The position numbers and the translations under genes are program-made. Below, in pieces: positions 47,835-57,008 of a stretch of DNA of 64,000 nt (position 1 is its first letter; each line of letters opens with the position of its first letter). A model generated the notes under the pieces. That model searched no databases. It saw nothing but the letters and a program-made list of their open reading frames with translations, and had not been told where the DNA came from. The stretch is from Pedococcus sp. (GTDB taxonomy: Bacteria > Actinomycetota > Actinomycetes > Actinomycetales > Dermatophilaceae), in assembly GCF_036554925.1 (NCBI RefSeq), contig NZ_DATBMI010000189.1, positions 10,224 through 74,223 on the forward strand, read 5' to 3'.

Positions 47835-50120
47835 ATGACCCACACGTGGTCCGCGGACCTCATCGCCCCCGACCAGGACTTCGACGGAGCGCCGTTGCTG
47901 CGCAAGGAGTTCGAGCTCGACACCGGGCATGGTGCGGTGACCTCCGCCACCCTGCACGTGACGGCCCACGGCATCGTCGAGCCCACCGTGAACGGAGCGC
48001 TCGTCTCCGACGAGGTCCTGACGCCGGGTTGGAGCAGCTACGAGTGGCGGCTGCGCTACCGCACCTACGACGTCGCCGACCTCCTCGCCGAGACATCGGT
48101 CCTCGGCCTGGCGCTCGGCAACGGCTGGTTCCGCGGCCGTCTGGGCTGGAGCGGGAAGGGCGCGTTCTACGGCTCGGAGCTCGCCGCCCTCGCCGAGCTG
48201 CACGTCGAGTTCGAGGACGGGCACCGCCAGGTGGTCGGCACCGACGGTACGTGGCAGGCGGGGCCCTCGTCGACCCTCGCCAACGACCTCTACGACGGCC
48301 AGACCGTCGATGCGCGCCGGGCCTCGGACGGGTGGACGCAGGCGGGAGCGGACCTGCCGGGCTGGGTGGGCGTGCACCCGGTGGACCACGACGCCCGCCG
48401 CCTGGTGCCCTACCTCGGCCCGCCCGTGCGCCGGCAGGAGACGTTGCGGCCGGTCAGGGTGTGGACCTCGCCGAGCGGCGCGACCCTGGTGGACTTCGGC
48501 CAGAACCTCGTCGGCTGGCTTCGCTTCACGGTGCGGGGTGAGGCCGGCACGGAGATCACCATCCGGCACGCCGAGGTGCTGGAGCACGACGAGCTGGGCA
48601 CCCGCCCGCTGCGCACCGCGAAGGCCACGGACCGGTTCGTCCTCAGCGGGGAAGTGGACACCTTCGAGCCGACCAAGACCTTCCACGGGTTCCGCTACGC
48701 AGAGGTCACCGGCTGGCCCGGCGAGCTGGCGGCGGACGACCTCGAAGCCGTCGTCGTCCACTCCGACCTGCACCGGACCGGTGGCTTCGAGTGCTCCGAC
48801 GAGATGCTGAACCAGCTGCACCGCAACGTGGTCTGGGGCCTGAAGGGCAACTTCCTCGACGTCCCCACCGACTGCCCCCAGCGCGACGAGCGGCTCGGCT
48901 GGACCGGCGACATCGCCGCCTTCGCGCCCACCGCGGCATACCTCTACGACGTCTCCGGCTTCCTGTCGGACTGGCTGGCCGACGTCGACCTCGAGCAGCG
49001 CCACGCGGACGGCATGGTGCCCTTCGTCGTCCCCGACGTCCTCAAGTACGACGACCACCCATCGGACTTCCCGGAGCCCGAGAGCACCGCGATCTGGAGC
49101 GACGCCGCGGTGTGGGTGCCCTGGGCACTCTGGCAGGCGTACGGCGACCGGGAGGCACTCGAGCGGCACTACCCGGCCATGACGGCCCACACCCGCCGCG
49201 TCGAGGGCCTGCTGTCCGACACGGGGCTGTGGGACACCGGCTTCCAGTTCGGCGACTGGCTGGACCCCCAGGCGCCGCCGGACGACCCGATCAAGGCGAA
49301 GGCCGACAACGGCGTGGTCGCGACAGCCTGCTACCACCGCACGCTGCGCCAGGTGGCCGGGGCCGCTGAGGTCCTCGGGAACACCGAGGACGTGGGCTAC
49401 TTCTCGGCTCTCGCGGACCGGGTCCGCGGGGCGTTCCAGAAGCACTACGTGGCCGAAGGTGGTCGCGTGCAGAGCGACTGCGCGACCGTCTACGCGCTGG
49501 CCGTCGAGTTCGGCCTCCTCGACGAGGCAGACCGGCAGGGAGCCGGCGACCGGCTCGCGGAACTGGTGCGGGAGAACGGCTTCCGGGTCTCGACCGGTTT
49601 CGCCGGCACGCCTTTCATCACGGGTGCGCTCTCCGCGACCGGGCACCTCGACGACGCCTACCGCCTGCTGCTCGAGCGGGAGTGCCCGTCGTGGCTGTAC
49701 CCCGTCACCATGGGCGCCACCACCGTCTGGGAGCGCTGGGACTCCATGCTCCCGGACGGGACGATCAACCCCGGCGAGATGACCAGCTTCAACCACTACG
49801 CCCTCGGGGCCGTCGCCGACTGGATGCACCAGACCATCGGTGGGATCGCCCCGCTCGCGCCCGGGTACTCCCGCGCGCTCATCGCTCCCCGGCCCGGCGG
49901 CGGGCTCTCGTGGGCGAGGGCCTCGCTGGAGACCCCGCACGGGACCATCGCCACCGACTGGAGCGTGTCCGGTGAGGGGTTGCTCAGCCTGCGCGTCGAG
50001 GTCCCTGACGGGGTGGACGCCGTCGTGCGGCTCCCGGGCGCCGAGGACGTCGAGGTCGCGGGCGGCAGCCACCACTTCACCACGCAGGGTGTGCCGAGCA
50101 CCCGACGTTTGGTGGAGTGA
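47835..50120 (+). CDS. alpha-L-rhamnosidase (GH78)
   Basis: 761 aa. TDCPQRDERLGWTGD and TTVWERWDS are conserved GH78 blocks. Confidence 0.88.
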   Translation: MTHTWSADLIAPDQDFDGAPLLRKEFELDTGHGAVTSATLHVTAHGIVEPTVNGALVSDEVLTPGWSSYEWRLRYRTYDVADLLAETSVLGLALGNGWFRGRLGWSGKGAFYGSELAALAELHVEFEDGHRQVVGTDGTWQAGPSSTLANDLYDGQTVDARRASDGWTQAGADLPGWVGVHPVDHDARRLVPYLGPPVRRQETLRPVRVWTSPSGATLVDFGQNLVGWLRFTVRGEAGTEITIRHAEVLEHDELGTRPLRTAKATDRFVLSGEVDTFEPTKTFHGFRYAEVTGWPGELAADDLEAVVVHSDLHRTGGFECSDEMLNQLHRNVVWGLKGNFLDVPTDCPQRDERLGWTGDIAAFAPTAAYLYDVSGFLSDWLADVDLEQRHADGMVPFVVPDVLKYDDHPSDFPEPESTAIWSDAAVWVPWALWQAYGDREALERHYPAMTAHTRRVEGLLSDTGLWDTGFQFGDWLDPQAPPDDPIKAKADNGVVATACYHRTLRQVAGAAEVLGNTEDVGYFSALADRVRGAFQKHYVAEGGRVQSDCATVYALAVEFGLLDEADRQGAGDRLAELVRENGFRVSTGFAGTPFITGALSATGHLDDAYRLLLERECPSWLYPVTMGATTVWERWDSMLPDGTINPGEMTSFNHYALGAVADWMHQTIGGIAPLAPGYSRALIAPRPGGGLSWARASLETPHGTIATDWSVSGEGLLSLRVEVPDGVDAVVRLPGAEDVEVAGGSHHFTTQGVPSTRRLVE

Positions 50121-50150
50121 CCCGCGACGGCGCGGTGGCATCGTGGTGCC

Positions 50151-50717
50151 ATGGCGTCCGCGGCGGGCCCGTCCGCGCAGACGGCCCGCGCTGCGCTGGC
50201 CGCCGCGCTGCTCACCGGTGCCGCGACGGCGGTCGTCCTCGGGGTGTACGCCGGCGTGCACGCGCCTGCCGGGCGGCCGCTGTTCACCCTGGGCTTCTCG
50301 GGGATGCTCCAGATGAAGACCTGGCTGGCGACCGGCGCCGTCGTGCTGGTGGTCGTGCAGCTCGCCACGGCCCTGTGGATGTGGGGCCGGCTTCCGGGCG
50401 CGGGTGCGCCGCCGGGCTGGGTGGGGCCGGTGCACCGCTACAGCGGTGCGGTCGCCTTCGTCCTGACCGTGCCTGCCGGACTGCACTGCCTGTGGGCGCT
50501 CGGGCTCGGGGCAGGCAGCCCCCGGGTGCTGACGCACAGCGCCGTCGGCTGCGTGTTCTACGGCGCGTATGCCGCGAAGATGCTGGGCCTGCGCCTGCCC
50601 GGCCTGCCCGGGTGGGGCCTGCCGGTTCTCGGCGGGACCGTCCTCGCCTCCCTGGCGCTGGTCTGGGCCACCTCGGCCCTGTGGTTCTTCACCCGCTCCG
50701 GTCTCCCGCTCCTCTGA
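50151..50717 (+). CDS. DUF6529-like integral membrane protein
   Basis: 188 aa with about five TM helices. This type of gene commonly precedes a Rieske protein, from memory. Confidence 0.55.
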   Translation: MASAAGPSAQTARAALAAALLTGAATAVVLGVYAGVHAPAGRPLFTLGFSGMLQMKTWLATGAVVLVVVQLATALWMWGRLPGAGAPPGWVGPVHRYSGAVAFVLTVPAGLHCLWALGLGAGSPRVLTHSAVGCVFYGAYAAKMLGLRLPGLPGWGLPVLGGTVLASLALVWATSALWFFTRSGLPLL

Positions 50718-50738
50718 GCCCGTTCGTAGGAGGCGCCC

Positions 50739-51182
50739 GTGTCACCCGAGCCCCTGTCCCGGCGCTCCGCCCTGTGGGGCGCTGCCGTCGCCGGCGGAGC
50801 GGGCGTCGCCGGGTTCGTCGTCGCTCGTGGCAGCCACGCCGCGGACGCCAGCACGACGGCTGCCGCGAACGACTACGGCGCCGACGCCGCGCCGGGCCGC
50901 CTGCTCACGCAGCTGGACGAGCTGCCGGCCGGCGGTGGCGTGGTCCTCACCGACGAGAAGGTCGTGCTGGTGCGTGCCCAGGACGGCACGGTCCGGGCCT
51001 TCTCCGCCGTGTGCACGCACCAGGGCTGTCCCGTCACCGATGTCGTGGACGGGGTCATCGTCTGCCCTTGTCACGCAAGCCAGTTCGACGCCGCGACGGG
51101 GGAGGTGGTGTCCGGGCCGGCGAGGAGGCCGCTCCCGCCGGTCGACGTGGAGGTGCGCGACGACGGAGTGTTCACGACCTGA
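50739..51182 (+). CDS. Tat-exported Rieske [2Fe-2S] protein
   Basis: GTG start follows TAGGAGG. Tat-like motif is SRRSALWGAAVAG. Rieske ligands are CTHQGCP and CPCHASQF. Confidence 0.85.
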   Translation: MSPEPLSRRSALWGAAVAGGAGVAGFVVARGSHAADASTTAAANDYGADAAPGRLLTQLDELPAGGGVVLTDEKVVLVRAQDGTVRAFSAVCTHQGCPVTDVVDGVIVCPCHASQFDAATGEVVSGPARRPLPPVDVEVRDDGVFTT

Positions 51183-51192
51183 GGAGGGTGCT

Positions 51193-51276
51193 GTGCGGTT
51201 CTGGTCTGTGCTGCCCACCGTGCTGTGGCTGGTGACAGCCGGCTTCGCGGTCGGTGCGCTCGTCGCCCTGTCGTGA
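51193..51276 (+). CDS. candidate 27-aa single-TM micropeptide
   Basis: GTG 51193 lies 6 nt after GAGGAGG. The peptide is VRFWSVLPTVLWLVTAGFAVGALVALS. It starts 11 nt after the Rieske stop. Confidence 0.3.
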   Translation: MRFWSVLPTVLWLVTAGFAVGALVALS

Positions 51277-51303
51277 CGCCGGGGCACCGCGCCCACCCGC
51301 GGG

Positions 51304-53349
51304 TCACGCCGTGGCCGCGAGGTGCCTCCTGCCGGTGAGCAGCGCCAGACCGTAGAGCACGGCCACGACCAGCAGCAGGGTGTTGAACCCCAGCACGAGG
51401 GCGAGGTACTCCAACGCGCCCCCGACCATGGCGCCCAGAAGGTTCGCCCCGAACGCCACGGTCGACGAACCGACGCCCTTGAACCTCACGGCGAAGAGCA
51501 GGTTGGCCAGGAAGATGGGCAGGAACGCCACCGTCACACCGGCCGCGAACCGCGGCCCCGGTGGGAGGTCCAGGAGGGCGTCCTGTGGGATGACCCAGGC
51601 AGCCGCAAGGGCGGCGAGCAGCGCGGCATACAGCAGCAGGGGGCGCCGGATCGTCACCCGGCGGGCGGCCTCGATCGCCGCGAGGACGCTGAGGAGCACC
51701 CCCGCGAAGACTGCGGCGTTCACGGCCCAGGTCGTCCCGAAGAGCAGCGCGAACTGCACGACGTTCTTGGTCTCGAGCAGCAGGAAGGCCGCGCCCATGA
51801 AGAACAGGTCGGCGTAGGGCCGCATCCCACGCAGCGGCCCGGCCACCGTGCGCACCAGGACGACCGAGACCAGCAGCACCAGCGCCAGCATCCAGAGGTA
51901 GAAGGACGGGATGGTGCGGGTGCCGAGGTAGGGGAACGGCCGGTCGTCCACGGAGGGCTCCAGCGCGGTGCCCTCCGCCGCCCACCGGGTGGTGCAGCCA
52001 CCGGCGCTGCCGTCCTCCCGCAGCGTCAGCACCGCCTGCCGGCGCTGGCCATGGGTTGGCCCGAGCTGGACGCACGGTGCGGTGTCGTAGACCGTCTGCA
52101 CGGTGTTCGCGTAGCGGTCGAGCAGCCACGGCTCGTAGTAGTTGTACATCGCGAACGTCCCCTCCGGCTTGAGGAGGGAGCGGGCCCGCTCGAGTGCCTG
52201 GGTGGTGAACAGGTAGTTCTCCAGCCGCAGGGCCGACTGGCCGGTGACGATGGTCGCCGAGTCCGGCAGCGCCAGCAGGATGAGGTCGTAGCGGCGGGAG
52301 GTGCGCTCCATGAAGGCCCGCCCGTCGTCGACGTGGACCGTGACGCGGGGGTCGGAGTAAGGCCGCTCCGGGTGGCGCTCGCGGCCGATCTGCACCAGCG
52401 CCGGGTCGATCTCGACGGCGTCGACCCGCTGGGCGCCCTGGGCGAGGGCCACGGCCACGTCGTTGCCCGTGCCGGCGCCGATGACCAGCACGTCCTCGCG
52501 CGAGCCGGCGTAGGTGTACGGGTAGAGGTAGAAGGGGGAGTCCCTGCGGATCTGGGCGACGGTCGCGCTCGTCTGCAGCGGCGTGTTGTTGACATCGATG
52601 CGCACGTTGCCGCCGGGGGCGTCCTGGGTGCGGATCTTGTAGTACGGCGACCACTGGAACGGCCCGACGACGGACTCCACGCCGAGCAGCAGGACGAACG
52701 CGGCGACTCCCACGGCCGGCCAGCCCCGGGCGCGGCGGCCGAGCAGCACCGCGAAGGCCGCGCCGGCCGCGACGGCCCAGCCGAGGGGCGGAAGTCGGAG
52801 GAAGGACAGGCCGGCGAACGCTGCGATCCCGCTCAGGCTGCCGAGCACGTCCAGCCGGTAGGCCTCCAGTGGCGCGAAGGTGGCGAAGACCCGAGCCACC
52901 TCCTGGGCGAGCGCCATCAGCACCGCAACCGTGAGCAGGAAGACGACCGCGAGGCTGACCGGTCGGGGGAGCGGGGGCATGCCGAGCAGACCCCTGAGCT
53001 CCCAGCCGCCCGCGTTCGTGGTGCCGGTGCGGACCGGGAACGCCAGCACGAAGCCGACGAGGAGGGCGAGCAGGGGAGCGGCGAGCGGGAAGAGGTCGCG
53101 GCGCGACCGGGCGCTGAGGAAGCCCAGGCCGATGCCGAGGAAGCTGGCCAGCAGCACGAAGTTCGTCAGGTGCACCAGGTAGAGGTTGTTCGACGAGGTC
53201 CACCGGATCAGGGCCAGCTCGACGAACAGCATGAGCGCACTGGCGAGCACGAGCCGCGTGCGGTTCCCGGGAGACAGCGGTGGGCGACGCCTCGTGGGGG
53301 CGGAAAGGCCGGCCTCCTCGCGCAGCCCCACCTCGTGCTCGGGCCCCAT
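51304..53349 (-). CDS. polytopic membrane protein with embedded spermidine-synthase-like methyltransferase fold
   Basis: About 681 aa. TM bundles flank VLVIGAGTGNDVAVAL...VDAVEIDPALV...YDLILLALPDS. ATG 53349 has a GGAGGG SD. Confidence 0.8.
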   Translation of the reverse strand: MGPEHEVGLREEAGLSAPTRRRPPLSPGNRTRLVLASALMLFVELALIRWTSSNNLYLVHLTNFVLLASFLGIGLGFLSARSRRDLFPLAAPLLALLVGFVLAFPVRTGTTNAGGWELRGLLGMPPLPRPVSLAVVFLLTVAVLMALAQEVARVFATFAPLEAYRLDVLGSLSGIAAFAGLSFLRLPPLGWAVAAGAAFAVLLGRRARGWPAVGVAAFVLLLGVESVVGPFQWSPYYKIRTQDAPGGNVRIDVNNTPLQTSATVAQIRRDSPFYLYPYTYAGSREDVLVIGAGTGNDVAVALAQGAQRVDAVEIDPALVQIGRERHPERPYSDPRVTVHVDDGRAFMERTSRRYDLILLALPDSATIVTGQSALRLENYLFTTQALERARSLLKPEGTFAMYNYYEPWLLDRYANTVQTVYDTAPCVQLGPTHGQRRQAVLTLREDGSAGGCTTRWAAEGTALEPSVDDRPFPYLGTRTIPSFYLWMLALVLLVSVVLVRTVAGPLRGMRPYADLFFMGAAFLLLETKNVVQFALLFGTTWAVNAAVFAGVLLSVLAAIEAARRVTIRRPLLLYAALLAALAAAWVIPQDALLDLPPGPRFAAGVTVAFLPIFLANLLFAVRFKGVGSSTVAFGANLLGAMVGGALEYLALVLGFNTLLLVVAVLYGLALLTGRRHLAATA

Positions 53350-53522
53350 CGCGGTCACCCTCCGTCAGGTCGGTTGCGCCGGCCAGCGAACCGTAGCGCG
53401 ACGGCGCGCCGCACGCAGGACCACCGAGGGGCTCGAGCCTCCCGAAAGTGGCCACACCGGCGGCACGAGGTCCCTAGATTGAGGGGGTCATCGCTGTCGG
53501 GCCGCGCACCCGGGAGGCGTCA

Positions 53523-54773
53523 ATGCTGGACACGAGACTGATCGACCTGAGTGGACTCCAGGCGCTCATCGACGCGCTGCTCTCGCGCGGCTACACCGTG
53601 GTCGGCCCGACGGTCCGCTCGGGCGCCATCGCGAACGCCCCCATCCGCAGCGTCGACGAGCTGCCCCGGGGCTGGGGCGACGAGCAGGATGCCGCCCACT
53701 ACCGGCTGCGCCGCCGCGGCGACGACCGCCTCTTCGGGTTCGCCGCCGGCGCGCAGTCGGCGAAACCCGTGTTCTTCCCCGCCGACGAGCTGTTGTGGCG
53801 CGCGCGCCGCACGGACGAGGGCGCGGGGTATGCCGTGCGGCCCGGTGACGACGACGGCCGGCCGTCGGCGGACGGCGGCTCCCTGTCGGCGGAGGGCGGC
53901 CCGCCGTACGCGCTGCTCGGCGTCCGCTCCTGCGACCTCAGCGCGGTCGGCATCCACGACACGGTGCTGGCGGGGCGTGGCTTCGTCGACACCCACTACG
54001 CGGAGCGCAGGGCGGAGGCGTTCGTCGTGGCCGTCGCCTGCTCGGACCCGAGCGGCACGTGCTTCTGCGTCTCGATGGGCACCGGCCCCAGGCCCGAGAG
54101 CGGCCGGGGCGCCCCCTTCGACCTCTCCCTGACCGAGCTCGTCGACGGCGGCGACCACCGCTTCGTCGTCGAGGTCGGCACCGAGCGCGGCGCGGAGGTG
54201 CTCGGCGAGCTCGGGGCCGTGGCGGCAGCCGCGGCAGACCTCGACGCGGCGGCCCGGGTGACCGAGGAGGCCAGCCGGCGGATGGGTCGCCGGCTCGACA
54301 CCGACGGGATCAAGGAGCTCCTCTACTCCAGCGTCGACAGCCCCCAGTGGGACGACGTGGCCTCGCGCTGCCTGTCGTGCACGAACTGCACCATGGTCTG
54401 CCCCACCTGCTTCTGCACCTCCGTCGAGGACGTCACCGACCTCACCGGCAGCGCCGACGACCGCCACCGGGTCTGGGACTCCTGCTTCAACACCGACTTC
54501 TCCTACATCCACGGCGGCGTGGTCCGGGAGTCCACCCGGTCCCGTTACCGGCAGTGGATGACGCACAAGCTCGCCTCCTGGCACGACCAGTTCGGCTCGT
54601 CGGGCTGCGTGGGCTGCGGTCGCTGTGTCACGTGGTGCCCGGCGGCCATCGACATCACGGCCGAGGCCGCCGCCCTGCGCGGCGCGCCAGGCTCGCACCT
54701 GCCGGACGACGGCGGTCCCGTCACCGGAAACGCCACCCCTGGCGAGCCTGCCCCGCCACCGCCGGCCGGGTGA
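53523..54773 (+). CDS. hyhB: hydrogenase-associated 4Fe-4S subunit (AsrA/HyhB-like)
   Basis: 416 aa. Cys clusters are CLSCTNCTMVCPTCFC and CVGCGRCVTWCP. It is the first gene of the hydrogenase operon. Confidence 0.8.
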   Translation: MLDTRLIDLSGLQALIDALLSRGYTVVGPTVRSGAIANAPIRSVDELPRGWGDEQDAAHYRLRRRGDDRLFGFAAGAQSAKPVFFPADELLWRARRTDEGAGYAVRPGDDDGRPSADGGSLSAEGGPPYALLGVRSCDLSAVGIHDTVLAGRGFVDTHYAERRAEAFVVAVACSDPSGTCFCVSMGTGPRPESGRGAPFDLSLTELVDGGDHRFVVEVGTERGAEVLGELGAVAAAAADLDAAARVTEEASRRMGRRLDTDGIKELLYSSVDSPQWDDVASRCLSCTNCTMVCPTCFCTSVEDVTDLTGSADDRHRVWDSCFNTDFSYIHGGVVRESTRSRYRQWMTHKLASWHDQFGSSGCVGCGRCVTWCPAAIDITAEAAALRGAPGSHLPDDGGPVTGNATPGEPAPPPPAG

Positions 54774-54787
54774 GAGGAGCCGTCCGC

Positions 54788-55249
54788 GTGCAGACCATCG
54801 AGCAGTACCTCCCGCAGCACCCGTTCTTCGCCGGGCTGGGCGAGGACGTCATCGCCCTGGTCGCCGGATGCGCGGTCAACACCCATTTCCGGGCGGGGGA
54901 GCTGCTGTTCCGCGAGGGTGAGCCAGCCGACACCTTCTACGTGCTCCGGCGGGGGAGGGTCAGCCTCGAGGTCCGCCCGCCGGCGGGTCCGCCCGTCGTG
55001 GTCGACGCCGCCCACGCCGACGACGTGGTCGGGTGGTCCTGGCTCGTGCCGCCCCACCGCTGGCTGTTCGACGCCCGGGCCACCGAGGAGACGAGTGCCA
55101 TCGCCTTCGACGGCGCATGCCTGCGCGGGAGGTGCGAGACGGACCCGGCCGTCGGCTACGCCCTGCTGCAGCGGGTGGTGCGCGTCATGTCCGACCGGCT
55201 GCAGTCGGCGCGGGTCCGTCTCCTCGACCTCTACGGGGTGCGGGCATGA
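54788..55249 (+). CDS. stand-alone cyclic-nucleotide-binding-domain protein
   Basis: 153 aa. FRAGELLFREGEPADTFYVLRRGRVSL is the classic cNMP-binding beta-roll signature. No HTH. GTG follows GAGAGGAG. Its stop overlaps the next ATG. Confidence 0.8.
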   Translation: MQTIEQYLPQHPFFAGLGEDVIALVAGCAVNTHFRAGELLFREGEPADTFYVLRRGRVSLEVRPPAGPPVVVDAAHADDVVGWSWLVPPHRWLFDARATEETSAIAFDGACLRGRCETDPAVGYALLQRVVRVMSDRLQSARVRLLDLYGVRA

Positions 55250-56109
55250 CCGCGCTCACCGACCGGGCGCGCGGGGGTGCGCCGGTTCCCGATCCCTTCC
55301 TCCCACGCCCCTTCGTGGTGCGGACCGCGCGGCAGGACACCCGCGACACGCACACCCTCGAGCTCGAGCCGGTCGACGGTGGGCCGCTGGCCTTCGCGGC
55401 CGGCCAGTTCACGATGATGCACGCGTTCGGCGCCGGTGAGGTGCCCATCTCGATCAGCGGCGACCCGGCCCGCCCGGACCGGCTGGTCCACACCATCCGC
55501 GACGTCGGGGCCGTCACGCGCGCCCTGGTGCACGCGGTACCGGGCACCGTCGTCGGCATCCGAGGACCGTTCGGCACCGGCTGGGAGGTCTCTGCCGGCA
55601 GGGGTGGCGACGTCGTGTTCGTGGCGGGCGGGATCGGGCTCGCCCCGCTGCGGCCGGCGATCCTGGAGGTGTGCGCCGCACGCGCGGAGTTCGGGCAGGT
55701 GTCCCTCCTCTACGGCGCGCGAACGCCGGAGGACATCCTCTTCGAGGACGACCTGCTCGTCTGGTCCCGGGAGCACGGCATCGACGTCCAGGTCACCGTC
55801 GACAACGGCCAGCACGCCTGGCGTGGGCGCGTCGGGCTCGTCACGCAGCTCGTCGCGCGGGCGCGCTTCGCGCCCGAGTCCACCCTCGCCCTGGTCTGCG
55901 GTCCCGAGGTGATGATGCGGTATGCCGCGCTGGCACTGGCCGATCGCGGCATACCGAAGGACCGGCTGCGCCTGTCCATGGAACGCAACATGAAGTGCGG
56001 CGTCGGGCTCTGCGGCCACTGCCAGCTGCGCGAGTTCCTCCTGTGCGTCGACGGCCCGGTCCTCACCTACGACCGGCTCGAGCCCCTCATGTCACGAGCG
56101 GAGCTGTAG
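55246..56109 (+). CDS. hyhG: FAD/NAD(P)-binding oxidoreductase subunit with C-terminal [2Fe-2S] (AsrB/HyhG-like)
   Basis: 287 aa. [19 protein letters not shown] and [12 protein letters not shown]. Confidence 0.85.
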   Translation: MTALTDRARGGAPVPDPFLPRPFVVRTARQDTRDTHTLELEPVDGGPLAFAAGQFTMMHAFGAGEVPISISGDPARPDRLVHTIRDVGAVTRALVHAVPGTVVGIRGPFGTGWEVSAGRGGDVVFVAGGIGLAPLRPAILEVCAARAEFGQVSLLYGARTPEDILFEDDLLVWSREHGIDVQVTVDNGQHAWRGRVGLVTQLVARARFAPESTLALVCGPEVMMRYAALALADRGIPKDRLRLSMERNMKCGVGLCGHCQLREFLLCVDGPVLTYDRLEPLMSRAEL

Positions 56110-56111
56110 CG

Positions 56112-57008
56112 ATGACCCTGACCCACGACCACGGCCACGAGCACCGGGCCGCCCACCGCGGGAGGCCCAAGCTGGCGGTGTGGAAGTTCGCCTCGTGCGA
56201 CGGCTGCCAGCTCACGCTGCTCAACTGCGAGGACGAGCTGATCCCGCTGGCCGGGGAGGTCGAGATCGCCTACTTCCCCGAGGCCACGCGTGCCGTCGTC
56301 GAGGGGCCCTACGACGTCTCGCTGGTCGAGGGGTCGATCACGACCCCGGAGGAGCTCGAGCGGATCCAGCACGTCCGCGAGGTGTCGCGGCGCCTGGTCA
56401 CGATCGGGGCCTGCGCGACCGCCGGGGGCATCCAGGCCCTGAGGAACTTCGGCGACGTCGCCGAGTTCCGCTCGATCGTCTACGCCCACCCCGAGTACCT
56501 CAAGACGCTCTCCCGCTCGACTCCCATCTCGGCGCACGTCACGGTCGACTTCGAGCTGCGAGGCTGCCCGATCAACAAGCACCAGCTGCTCGAGGTGCTC
56601 GCGGCCTCCATCCAGGGACGCCGGCCCCGCATCCCGTCGCACAGCGTCTGCGTGGAGTGCAAGCGCCGCGGCAACGTGTGCGTCATGGTGGCCGATGGCA
56701 CGCCGTGCCTCGGCCCCGTCACCCAGGCCGGCTGCGGCGCCCTCTGCCCCAGCTTCAGCCGCGGGTGCTACGGCTGCTTCGGCCCGCAGGACACGCCCAA
56801 CACCGCCTCGATCGCGAAGCGGCTCAGCGGGCTCGGCATGGGCGAGCCCGAGGTGGTGCGCATCTTCCGCACCTTCAACGCCGCCAGCGAGGCGTTCCGG
56901 GCGGAGAGCGAGCGGCACGAGCCCGGGCCGTACGACGGCGAGGTGGACCTCGGCGGACGACAGGGGAGCGACGAGTCGGCAGCTCAGACGGGGGAGGTGG
57001 CGCCATGA
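56112..57008 (+). CDS. hyhS: [NiFe]-hydrogenase small subunit, group-3-type (NuoB-like)
   Basis: 298 aa. [20 protein letters not shown] and GCPI, plus distal cluster cysteines [11 protein letters not shown]...C...C. Confidence 0.88.
   Translation: MTLTHDHGHEHRAAHRGRPKLAVWKFASCDGCQLTLLNCEDELIPLAGEVEIAYFPEATRAVVEGPYDVSLVEGSITTPEELERIQHVREVSRRLVTIGACATAGGIQALRNFGDVAEFRSIVYAHPEYLKTLSRSTPISAHVTVDFELRGCPINKHQLLEVLAASIQGRRPRIPSHSVCVECKRRGNVCVMVADGTPCLGPVTQAGCGALCPSFSRGCYGCFGPQDTPNTASIAKRLSGLGMGEPEVVRIFRTFNAASEAFRAESERHEPGPYDGEVDLGGRQGSDESAAQTGEVAP

Noticed and set aside
47637-50537. 966-aa minus-strand ORF over the GH78 gene
   Set aside because: It is antisense to a clear alpha-L-rhamnosidase, and the translation is low-complexity.
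51071-53541. Alternative long ORFs (794 aa minus, 739 aa plus) overlapping the membrane SpeE-like gene
   Set aside because: Only the 51304-53349 frame gives coherent TM helices and the methyltransferase motifs. The others are Arg/Pro/Gly-rich artefacts.
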